From: an uncultured Clostridia bacterium
GTDB lineage: Bacteria > Bacillota > Clostridia > Oscillospirales > Oscillospiraceae
Reading direction: 5' to 3'
Length of the DNA stretch: 64,000 nt
Assembly (NCBI GenBank): GCA_945873295.1
Contig: CAMCCS010000001.1
Location: forward strand, 19,469 to 83,468
A program made the translations under genes and the position numbers. Shown in pieces: positions 1 through 8,412 of the stretch. Numbering within the stretch: position 1 is the stretch's first letter; each line of letters opens with the position of its first letter. Below the pieces are notes generated by a model. That model searched no databases, was not told the DNA's origin, and saw only the letters and a program-made list of their open reading frames with translations.

Positions 1-351
1 CGCCCCCGGGAGGCTCTGATTGCCGCCCGGGATTGGTCCGCCGGGTATATTAAAATGCCTCTTGCCCAGCGGAAGATCCTGGACTGCCACGGCTTTGCAA
101 AAGAACTCACAAACAAAGCGCACATTGCCCTCTGTCACGCGGTGGGGCAGGCCTGCGCGGTTGTCCACACGGCAGGACACGCCCTGGGCTATCCCATGTA
201 TGAACTCAGCGCCATTGTCTACCGGCTGGGCATTCATAACTGCCGGGATGCTGTGGAGCAGCGCAGGAAAACGTATATTGATCGGCTTCTGTTCTGGAAT
301 GCCCACTGGCAGGAAGAACAGCAGCCCTGGGCGGCTTTTCTTGAAAAATAA
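1..351 (+). CDS. Imm5-like putative immunity protein (5' partial)
   Basis: Frame is open from base 1 (RPREALIAARDWSAGYIKMPLAQ...AVGQACAVVHTAGHA), matching the pattern of Imm-5-like proteins; stop at 349-351. Confidence 0.6.
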   Translation, partial: RPREALIAARDWSAGYIKMPLAQRKILDCHGFAKELTNKAHIALCHAVGQACAVVHTAGHALGYPMYELSAIVYRLGIHNCRDAVEQRRKTYIDRLLFWNAHWQEEQQPWAAFLEK

Positions 352-388
352 CGGAATCATTTGTCCCCTTTTAGGAAAGGATCGAATT

Positions 389-799
389 ATGAAGACAATG
401 AAAAAGGGATTGTGTTTACTCCTTGCAGGCATTCTCAGTATTCTGCTGTGTGCCTGCACCGATACAAAAGAAAACAAGGAGGCCGTATATATGAATATCA
501 CGGCAGAGGAAGCAAAGAAAATCATGGATACAGAATCGGAATATGTGATTCTGGACGTAAGGACGGAGGAAGAATTCGCCCAGGGGCATATCCCCGGCGC
601 CATACTGATTCCGGACTATGAAATCCGGGAGGAAGCGGAGAGCTCCCTCCCGGACAAGGATGCCCTGATCCTGGTCTACTGCCGCAGCGGACGGCGGAGC
701 AAGAATGCCGCCGAAACCCTGGCAGAGCTGGGTTATACCAATATCCGGGAGTTTGGCGGCATTCTGGACTGGCCCTATGAGACCGTTACCGAGGGATAA
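389..799 (+). CDS. Rhodanese-like domain lipoprotein
   Basis: RBS AGGAAAGG before ATG 389; lipobox LLCAC; rhodanese motifs ILDVRT, GHIPGA, YCRSGRRS, GGILDW. Confidence 0.85.
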   Translation: MKTMKKGLCLLLAGILSILLCACTDTKENKEAVYMNITAEEAKKIMDTESEYVILDVRTEEEFAQGHIPGAILIPDYEIREEAESSLPDKDALILVYCRSGRRSKNAAETLAELGYTNIREFGGILDWPYETVTEG

Positions 800-802
800 A
801 CT

Positions 803-2116
803 TCACGGCCCCCATACCAGCCAGATATAGACGTACCCTGCCAGCACCGCAGCCAGAGTAAAGGGTACGCCGATACGCAGAAAGTCCCGCAGGGAAACCG
901 TTTCTCCGTTTTTCCGCAGAATGCCGATGGCGGCAATGTTGGCAGAGGCCCCGATGGGGGTGAGATTTCCGCCAAGGGTAGCGCCGCTGAGAAGGCCAAA
1001 GTAAAACACATAGGGTGCTGCCCCGCCCTCCATTCTCGCCGCCACATCGGCCACAACGGGCAGCATGGTGGCAACATAGGGAATATTATCCACAAAAGCC
1101 GACAGGAGCACCGACGCAAACACAAGCAGCGTATACATACGGAAGGGGTCATCCCCGGCAATCCGGCAGAACAGGTCCCCAATGGCCCCGATCACACCGG
1201 CGCTCTTGATCCCGCCGATGACCACAAAGAGGCCGACAAGAAGCAGCAGCGTCTGGGTGTCCAGCTCTGCCAGGATCTTTTTCCAGGGGCGCAAAGAGCC
1301 GCTCTTTCTGCATGCGTGGATGACGCCCACCCCGCACAGGCCGGTGCAGATCAGTCCGGCCCGGAGGGAGTAAAGCAGGCGGAGAAAGCCCGCCTCCGGC
1401 TGGGGAAGAAAGGACGCGGCAATCAGGCAGCCAATCAGGGCCGCCAATAGTCCGGCGGGGACATAATCCTCCACCTCTGTCTGAACCCGTGCGCTGACCG
1501 GCGCTTTCTCTTTGCGGAAAAGGAACAGAAGGACCCCCGCGGATGCCAGAGCGCCCAGTTCCACACCCCAGAAGATTCCCGGCTTACCGTCCATCCAGAA
1601 GAAGTCGAAAAAGTTCATGTGGGCGTAGGCCCCCAAAAGAATACTGGTGGTATCACCCACCAGGGTCGCGGCTCCCTGCAGGTTGGAAGAAACGGCGATG
1701 GCGATGATGACAGGGACCGGGGAGATTTTCAGCTTCCGGGAGATGGCCAGGCCCACCGGCGCCACCATCAGCACCGTAGCGACATTGTCCACAAAGGCGC
1801 TGATCACCCCGGCAAACAGAGAAAGCACCGCAACCGCCAGCTGCACATTGGGTGTGCGGGAGATCAGGATCTCCGCCAGCCGTGCAGGATACCGGCTCTC
1901 AATGAACAGGGTAACGATGCCCATGGTGCCGCCGATCATCAAAAGCACATTGAAATCTACCTCCGTCAGGGCTGTGAAAACGGAGTAGTCAATGACCTCG
2001 GTAAGCCCCAAAGCAAGGAACACCCCGGCGCTTCCCAGGGCAATCCAATGCCGTTGCTTCGGCAGCGACAGCATCAGAGCATAAGTAATCAGGAAAACAG
2101 CAAGCGCGATAATCAA
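803..2116 (-). CDS. ArsB/NhaD/SLC13-family (citrate transporter-like) permease
   Basis: Highly hydrophobic; duplicated SAFVDN motifs, GAATLVGD and GGNLTPIGASAN. Probable TTG start at 2116 after a GGGGAGG RBS. Confidence 0.85.
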   Translation of the reverse strand: MIIALAVFLITYALMLSLPKQRHWIALGSAGVFLALGLTEVIDYSVFTALTEVDFNVLLMIGGTMGIVTLFIESRYPARLAEILISRTPNVQLAVAVLSLFAGVISAFVDNVATVLMVAPVGLAISRKLKISPVPVIIAIAVSSNLQGAATLVGDTTSILLGAYAHMNFFDFFWMDGKPGIFWGVELGALASAGVLLFLFRKEKAPVSARVQTEVEDYVPAGLLAALIGCLIAASFLPQPEAGFLRLLYSLRAGLICTGLCGVGVIHACRKSGSLRPWKKILAELDTQTLLLLVGLFVVIGGIKSAGVIGAIGDLFCRIAGDDPFRMYTLLVFASVLLSAFVDNIPYVATMLPVVADVAARMEGGAAPYVFYFGLLSGATLGGNLTPIGASANIAAIGILRKNGETVSLRDFLRIGVPFTLAAVLAGYVYIWLVWGP

Positions 2117-2214
2117 AAAAGCCCTCCCCTTTCTTTGCTCCCCGCAGGGACATTCTATCAAAAGTATATTCCGGAACCGGCCGGGTTTTCCCGGGAAAGG
2201 AACGGCGAAGCACC

Positions 2215-3081
2215 ATGCACTTTGTAAACGTGAAAGGGATCCTGTCGTCCAAAAACGGGATGAACCTCTACCGGGGCTGCACCCACGGCTGTATTTACTG
2301 TGACAGCCGGTCTGCCTGCTACCAGATGCCCCACCAATTCGAGGATATTGAAGTCAAGCAGAACGCCCCGGAGCTTCTGGAAGAAGCCCTGCGGGGCAAG
2401 CGCCGCCGCTGCATGATCAGCACCGGGGCCATGTGTGACCCCTATATGCACTGTGAGCAGCAGCTGCGGCTTACAAGACGGTGCCTGGAAATCATTGACC
2501 GATACGGTTTCGGGGTCTGTGTCCAGACAAAGTCTGACCGCATTCTCCGGGATCTGGATCTGCTCCGTTCCATCAATGCCAAGGCCAAATGCGTTGTGGA
2601 AATGACACTGACCACCTATGACGAAGCCCTGTGCGCAATTCTGGAACCAAAGGTATGCACCACCCGGGCCCGTTTTGAAGTCCTGAAAATCATGGCGAAG
2701 AACGGGATTCCCACGGTGGTTTGGCTCTCCCCCGTGCTGCCTTTTATCAACGACACCGAAGAAAACCTGCGGGGGATCTTACGATACTGCTTTGACGCCG
2801 GGGTAAAGGGGATCCTCTGCTTTGGCATCGGGACGACGATCCGGGACGGGGATCGGGAATATTTCTACGCCGCCCTTGACCGGCATTTTCCCGGGCTGAA
2901 GCAGAAATATATAGAAAAATACGGGAACGCCTATGAATGCCTCAGCGACAATCATGATGTGCTTATGAAAATCTTACACGAAGAGTGCGAAAAGCGGGGC
3001 GTTCTTCACGATGTAGGAGAAATCTTCGCCTATATGCAGAAGTTTCCCCAGGAAGACGGCGGGCAGCTGAGCCTGTTTTAA
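2215..3081 (+). CDS. Radical SAM protein, SPL-like family
   Basis: YRGCTHGCIYCDSRS (CxxxCxxC), DPY, TKSD..LRDLD, P.LPFIND motifs. Confidence 0.85.
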   Translation: MHFVNVKGILSSKNGMNLYRGCTHGCIYCDSRSACYQMPHQFEDIEVKQNAPELLEEALRGKRRRCMISTGAMCDPYMHCEQQLRLTRRCLEIIDRYGFGVCVQTKSDRILRDLDLLRSINAKAKCVVEMTLTTYDEALCAILEPKVCTTRARFEVLKIMAKNGIPTVVWLSPVLPFINDTEENLRGILRYCFDAGVKGILCFGIGTTIRDGDREYFYAALDRHFPGLKQKYIEKYGNAYECLSDNHDVLMKILHEECEKRGVLHDVGEIFAYMQKFPQEDGGQLSLF

Positions 3082-3110
3082 CAGGTGCTGCCCGCCGTCT
3101 CTTTCTATTC

Positions 3111-3659
3111 TCAATCCAATTCCAGCCGCATAAGGACTAGCTCCTGCCAGCCCGTAACACGGGAGCGGAACCCTCTGGGATTCCGGCCGTATTCCCTGAA
3201 GCCTACGCTTTCGTACAGAGAAACCGCCCGGCTGTTGTCCGCCACCACATCCAGCTCAAGCTGGGAGAAGCCTGCCTTTTTCGCGCATTCGATGCAGGCG
3301 AGGGTAAGCTCCCTGCCGATGCCCAGTCCCCAGTAAGCCTTTTCCACACTGATCCCGAATTCCGCCCGGTGGCGGATTTTTTCTTTGCCTCCCACGGCAT
3401 CGATTCCGGCAAAGCCAGCCAGGTGGCCGTCCAGAAAGGCGCAAATCTCAATTCCCCGGTCACTATGTTCCTTTTCTTCCAGAAACTTCTGTTCACTTTC
3501 CTCAGTCATGCTGCTTTCCTCGGGATAGGACAGGAGAAAGTCCGTCTCCTGATGGGTCTTCCGGAAAATATCGCAGACCGCTTTCGCATCGGCCCCTCCG
3601 GCAGAGCGCAGAAGACAGCTTTTCCCATTCTTCAAAGCAACCGTTTTTTCGTATCGCAA
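3111..3659 (-). CDS. GNAT N-acetyltransferase
   Basis: FGISVEKAYWGLGIG acetyl-CoA motif; LDVVADNSRAVSLYESVGF. Confidence 0.85.
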   Translation of the reverse strand: MRYEKTVALKNGKSCLLRSAGGADAKAVCDIFRKTHQETDFLLSYPEESSMTEESEQKFLEEKEHSDRGIEICAFLDGHLAGFAGIDAVGGKEKIRHRAEFGISVEKAYWGLGIGRELTLACIECAKKAGFSQLELDVVADNSRAVSLYESVGFREYGRNPRGFRSRVTGWQELVLMRLELD

Positions 3660-3691
3660 GGCAATGCCTCCCCTCTTTGTTTTCTGGTTAC

Positions 3692-3720
3692 AGTATAGAA
3701 AATCCCCGGCAGCTTGTCAA
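3692..3720 (-). promoter_or_regulatory. sigma-A promoter of GNAT gene
   Basis: Minus strand TTGACA-17bp-TATACT. Confidence 0.7.
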
Positions 3721-3906
3721 CGGAAAAAACGGTGCGCTTTATTACCCAGCCATTTCCCGGAAAACGGGTTGCCCGTTTTCCGGTTTTTTCTTTTCTTTTT
3801 CCCGATTTATCCCCTTTTCAGGAGGAACGCCGGGAAATCTGTCACAATTTTCTACGGCAGAATTTGGGCTTCCCTCCTGTTATCGACAAAAAGGCAGTGT
3901 TCAAAA

Positions 3907-4080
3907 TGCTATACTCTCCCTGTTCAAGTGGAGCGCTGGCGGCGAAAGCCCATCAGCGGAGCGTTTTGCCTCGGCAAAAAGGCGGCCTATGCTGACGCGG
4001 GCGGAAAAGGCGTTTCGCGGATAGCGCTTCCCAGGCGATCCGGTACGCCCCTGTCCTGACAGAGCTTGTAAGCAACCGTT
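3907..4080 (+). promoter_or_regulatory. Extended -10 promoter plus structured 5' leader of fibre operon
   Basis: TGcTATACT at 3907-3915, followed by ~170 nt containing successive hairpins (CGCTG..GGC-GAAA-GCC..CAGCG; TTTTGC-CTCG-GCAAAA; GGCG..CGCC; CTGT-CCTG-ACAG; GCT-TGTA-AGC). Confidence 0.5.
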
Positions 4081-4094
4081 AAAAAGGTGGTTTT

Positions 4095-7000
4095 ATGAAA
4101 GATCTTTTCTGCGTATCCCTGAAATACGGCAAGGCTGGGCGGGCAAGGCACCGGTTTCTTACGGTCCTAAGCTGCCTCCTTGCCCTGGCGGCTGCCTTAA
4201 GTACCGTCTGGCAGCTTCGTTTGATCGGCTATACCCAAGCTGTGACGCCCTTGTGTGGAAAGGAAGAACATGTACATAGTGATGCCTGCGGGGTTTCCCG
4301 GGTATTAGTCTGCGGGATGCAGGATGCCGGGGACTTAAGCTGTCCCCTGGAAATCCACAGTCACAGCGATGCATGCCGTGACCGGGACGGAAATCTTGTC
4401 TGCGGCTATGCCGATTTCGTTATCCATCACCACGAAGCCCTCTGTTATGACAGTGCCGGGAACCTGGTCTGCACTCTGCCGGAGATTTTCCCCCACACGC
4501 ACAGTGAAAGCTGCTATCACACAGAACCTGTCCTGATCTGCGGTTATACCGAGGGCGAAAGCCAAACCTCCCATGTCCATACCGATTCCTGTTACGCCCA
4601 AGAAACGGGCTATGTCTGCGGCTATGAAGAAGGCCAGACGGTTACCGTCCACACCCATGACGACACCTGTTATACCGCTCAGAAAGTACTGACCTGCACT
4701 CTCCCCGAAGACGAAACCCACTCCCACGATGATGCCTGCTATTCCGAAGAAAAGGTTCTCGTGTGCGGTCTTCCTACGGAGGAAGCCCATGTCCACGGGG
4801 AAAGCTGCATGGGCTCTATGCGGGTGCTGGTCTGCACGGAGCCGGAGACCCAGTCCCACGTTCACACCGAGGACTGTTATGGAGAAGCCGCCCAAACGCT
4901 TATCTGCGGCAAAGCGGAAATCATCCCCCATATCCACAATGCGGACTGCTTTTCCCGGCAGCTGGTATGCGGTCTGGAACACACCCATGAGGAAAGCTGC
5001 TACACCCTCCTGCCGGTCTGCGGCAGTGTAGAAATTCGGCAGCACCAGCACACCCAGGACTGCCTCCTGTCGGATTCGGGGCACAGTCATACCGACGCCT
5101 GCTATGAAACGGTATATGCCTGCGGCCTGGAAGAACACACCCACACACAAGAATGCTTCCCCGACGAAAGCGCGGACCTGGAAACGCCGGAAGATTGGGA
5201 AGATACACTTCCTGACAATCTTACCGGAAACCGGGCGGAGGATCTTGTCCGGATTGCCCAGTCCCAGCTCGGCTATACCGAGAGCACACGAAACATCCGT
5301 CTGGATGAGGATGGGATGGCTCGAGGGATCACCCGGTACGGCCAGTGGTACGGCGACCCCTACGGTCCCTGGAACGTCCCATTCGTCTGCTTCTGCCTGC
5401 ACTATGCCGGGATTCATGAGGATATACTCCCCTATGCTTCCGAAAGCTTTCCCTGGACGGCTTTACTCCGGGAACGAGGGCTGTACGTCCCCGCGGAGGA
5501 AGCCCTGGAACCTCCTGCGTCCGGAGATCTTATTTTCCTGGATGAAGACGGGGACGGCAATGCAGACCATGTGGGCATCGTCACAAAAGTGGAGGACGGT
5601 ATCCTCACCCTGATCCAGGGGGATCTGGAGAATTCGGCAGCGGAAACACGGCTTCCGGCAGAAGATCCCTCCATCACAGGCTTCTGCCCCCTACCGGAAC
5701 AGGAGGATATGCCGGAAATAACGGGACCGGACCCGGTCACGGGGGAATATGACCTGGAATATGAAACCGACACCCTGATTCTGCGGGTTCATCTGTCCAT
5801 CCCGGCCGCAACGGAAGAAACGGAGCCTGCGGAGGAAAGTGCCGCTTCCCTAGATTCCGGCGCGTTGTTTTCCCTGTCCCGGGAGGGCGGCGACACTCCT
5901 GCGGAAGACACGGAGGAAATCACCCCACAGGAGCCCTTCGGGGAGGAAACCGCAGAATTGTCCATGACTGTCACGCCCCTGGAGGAAGCCAGCGCGGATT
6001 ACGTCCGGCTGGAAGGCTTCGTCCGGGAGAACCTGACGGAGGATGCGTTTACTTTGGAAGCCCTGCGCATTCAGTTTTTTGCCGGAGAGCGGGCCTTGGA
6101 CACATCAAACTGCACTGTAACGGCACAGATCAGCCCAAAAGCGGCGCTTTTGGATGCTGGTCTGGAACTGGCCCAGAGCGAAAACCCGGTACAGGAGGCT
6201 GACCTGGGTGTAGCTTTTACCGTCCTGCAGGTCCAGGAAGCCGGGGTCACCGCCGGAGAAGACGCGGTGATGCTGGCCCAGGATTCCCAGGCACCCACAC
6301 TTACCGCCGCGGTAGGAGCCGACGGCGTTGTCGCCCTGGCCGCCGTCACCGCAAACCCCCATTTCACCGTCCAGTATTACGCATACATTGATACCGTGAA
6401 CACTTCGGGAAGTGTGGGGCTGCCCATCATCGATACGGACAACGGGGGAACCTGTCAGGGCGGCATCCTTCCCGCAAACGGCACAGTGCCTAAGACCCGG
6501 GAGCTATTTCTGGAAAACGTATCCGGTTCCGTCTTCCAGGTGGCAACCAATAAGGATACCGTCACGCCGGTATACCAGGAATGTGACTATGAATACATCC
6601 ACGCACCGAATCTGACCTATTTTAACCGTCTCTACGAAAACGGCAACTACACACTTTCCCAGGTTTGGGTGCTGAATCCCGGAAAGAGTCCTGACAGCAC
6701 CGAAGAAGCCGATTGGACCGTGTACACCGATCCTGTGAGCCTCCACTTTACGAACCGAGCCCAGAGCGCCCAGGAGGACAATATGGTCCTCATTGAAAAC
6801 GACGCCGTGATCCGGCTGGTGTTTGACACCACCACCAGCTCCTATACAAACGCCGCCACCTTTTACGATTACGACATCACCGACGGCAGGTTCTACCGAT
6901 CCGCCAGCACTTCCGGTGGAACCTACAATGCCCAGTCCGATGCCGGGAGCAATCCCGTCTATGCCTATACGGACCATCAGGGCATCAACAGCAGCGGAAA

Positions 7001-8345
7001 CTTCTCCGGAAGCGGCGCGAAGCTGGCCTACGGCAACAGCAACACCGGAAGCGGCCTGGAGAACGAAATCTGGGGTAAAAACAAGCTGAACCAGTTCAAT
7101 ACCGGCTCTTACAAGGGCTGCACCTTCGGCATAGCAACCGGCCTGGACGGAAACGGGCATATCCAATATGCCTCCGGTATTGATGCTCCCAGCCTGTTCA
7201 ACGAATCCACCGCCACCGGAAAAACCGCGTATACAGGAATGAGCCTGACCTTCCAGCGGGACGGAGATACCTACACCCTCTCCCGGGTCAACGGCAGTGC
7301 GGATAACCTGGACCGGTTTACCCACATTACCAGCTATGCCTTAGACAAGGCCTGCGACATCTACACCAACTTTTTCTGGCCCATGGATTCGGTTTCCACC
7401 TTCGGAAGCCCGGGCCACGACCTGAAATTCGGAAGATTCGGCATCCGGAATCAGCGTAAATACTTCGGTGCCAGCACCGGGTCTTTTCCCACCGTGGATG
7501 AAAATGTCACAAATGACCGGGATCACAACTGCTACTTCGGCATGCAGTACATGGTTCAGTTCGAGCTGACCCAGGACTATATCGGTCCCCTGGAATACTA
7601 CTTTTTCGGCGATGACGACATGTGGGTATTCCTGGACGGCAGGCTTGTCTGCGACATTGGCGGTGTCCACAGCTCCGTGGGAGAATATGTAAACCTCTGG
7701 GACTGGCTGGAAAAGGGCAGCGACGCGGGCTCCCACACCCTCAGCTTCTATTACACGGAGCGGGGTGCCTCCGGTTCCTCCTGCTACATGCGCTTTACCC
7801 TGCCCTCCGTATCCTCCGTTACCCCGGAGCAGAATACGGGTACGCTGCGGGTGGAAAAAGAGGTCATCGGCCCCACCAAGGAAGCGGACCAGGATACGGA
7901 ATTTAACTTCCGGATTTTCTTTACCGACGCTGCCGGGAACAAGCTGAAAGACGACTATTCCTACACCCGGTATGACCGGGACGGCAACATTGTCAAAAAG
8001 GATCTGATCATCTATGACGGCGGCTCCTTCCAGCTCAAGGACGGGGAGTACATCATTGTCAAGTACCTGCCTCTGGGAGCCAAATACTATGTCAGCGAGG
8101 ATGAGACTGACTACATTACGAGCGTCAGCATCAATGGAGCGGAAGCCGCTTCCACCCGGGATGCCTCCGGCACCATTACCAAAACAAAGGAAGATAAAAT
8201 CCACTATGTCAATGAGCTGGAATATCTGCTTCCCCAGACCGGCGGGGCCGGCACACGCCTGTTTTCTCTCGTAGGCACGCTGCTGATGGCACTTCCTGCC
8301 GCGGCGGAATGCACGCGGCGCAGACGGGAAAGGAGGGTCAGGTAA
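4095..8345 (+). CDS. Large LPxTG surface adhesin / probable pilus tip (Cys-His repeats, CHAP-like domain, fibro-slime/PA14-like domain, Cna-B-like domain)
   Basis: N-terminal hydrophobic segment; 14 HxHxxxC repeats; CHAP-like YGQWYG..W..FV.FC / DHVGIV; fibro-slime motif FFGDDDMWVFLDG..DIGGVH..FYYTERG; LPQTG + TM + basic tail. Confidence 0.85.
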   Translation: MKDLFCVSLKYGKAGRARHRFLTVLSCLLALAAALSTVWQLRLIGYTQAVTPLCGKEEHVHSDACGVSRVLVCGMQDAGDLSCPLEIHSHSDACRDRDGNLVCGYADFVIHHHEALCYDSAGNLVCTLPEIFPHTHSESCYHTEPVLICGYTEGESQTSHVHTDSCYAQETGYVCGYEEGQTVTVHTHDDTCYTAQKVLTCTLPEDETHSHDDACYSEEKVLVCGLPTEEAHVHGESCMGSMRVLVCTEPETQSHVHTEDCYGEAAQTLICGKAEIIPHIHNADCFSRQLVCGLEHTHEESCYTLLPVCGSVEIRQHQHTQDCLLSDSGHSHTDACYETVYACGLEEHTHTQECFPDESADLETPEDWEDTLPDNLTGNRAEDLVRIAQSQLGYTESTRNIRLDEDGMARGITRYGQWYGDPYGPWNVPFVCFCLHYAGIHEDILPYASESFPWTALLRERGLYVPAEEALEPPASGDLIFLDEDGDGNADHVGIVTKVEDGILTLIQGDLENSAAETRLPAEDPSITGFCPLPEQEDMPEITGPDPVTGEYDLEYETDTLILRVHLSIPAATEETEPAEESAASLDSGALFSLSREGGDTPAEDTEEITPQEPFGEETAELSMTVTPLEEASADYVRLEGFVRENLTEDAFTLEALRIQFFAGERALDTSNCTVTAQISPKAALLDAGLELAQSENPVQEADLGVAFTVLQVQEAGVTAGEDAVMLAQDSQAPTLTAAVGADGVVALAAVTANPHFTVQYYAYIDTVNTSGSVGLPIIDTDNGGTCQGGILPANGTVPKTRELFLENVSGSVFQVATNKDTVTPVYQECDYEYIHAPNLTYFNRLYENGNYTLSQVWVLNPGKSPDSTEEADWTVYTDPVSLHFTNRAQSAQEDNMVLIENDAVIRLVFDTTTSSYTNAATFYDYDITDGRFYRSASTSGGTYNAQSDAGSNPVYAYTDHQGINSSGNFSGSGAKLAYGNSNTGSGLENEIWGKNKLNQFNTGSYKGCTFGIATGLDGNGHIQYASGIDAPSLFNESTATGKTAYTGMSLTFQRDGDTYTLSRVNGSADNLDRFTHITSYALDKACDIYTNFFWPMDSVSTFGSPGHDLKFGRFGIRNQRKYFGASTGSFPTVDENVTNDRDHNCYFGMQYMVQFELTQDYIGPLEYYFFGDDDMWVFLDGRLVCDIGGVHSSVGEYVNLWDWLEKGSDAGSHTLSFYYTERGASGSSCYMRFTLPSVSSVTPEQNTGTLRVEKEVIGPTKEADQDTEFNFRIFFTDAAGNKLKDDYSYTRYDRDGNIVKKDLIIYDGGSFQLKDGEYIIVKYLPLGAKYYVSEDETDYITSVSINGAEAASTRDASGTITKTKEDKIHYVNELEYLLPQTGGAGTRLFSLVGTLLMALPAAAECTRRRRERRVR
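4254..5159 (+). repeat. 14 degenerate Cys/His-rich coding repeats (C-x(n)-H-x-H-x3-C)
   Basis: Counted in the translation: 14 HxHxxxC units and 14 upstream C[G/T/P] units. Confidence 0.85.
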
Positions 8346-8412
8346 CGCCTCCACGCCCTTACAGGCCTTTAATCGATATTAGGAACTCTTGAAAATGAAA
8401 GGATGATACCGA

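Noticed and set aside
1-351. Polymorphic toxin system suggested by the Imm5-like gene
   Set aside because: The gene is truncated by the window edge and no toxin gene is visible; such genes are often orphans.
20-388. N-terminal extension of the 259-aa ORF
   Set aside because: Overlaps the Imm5-like gene; the RBS and lipoprotein signal place the real start at 389.
3930-4080. Canonical c-di-GMP-I/II or c-di-AMP riboswitch call
   Set aside because: Only fragments match (GAAA hairpin, GCAACCG); core consensus segments are missing. Kept only as an unassigned structured leader.
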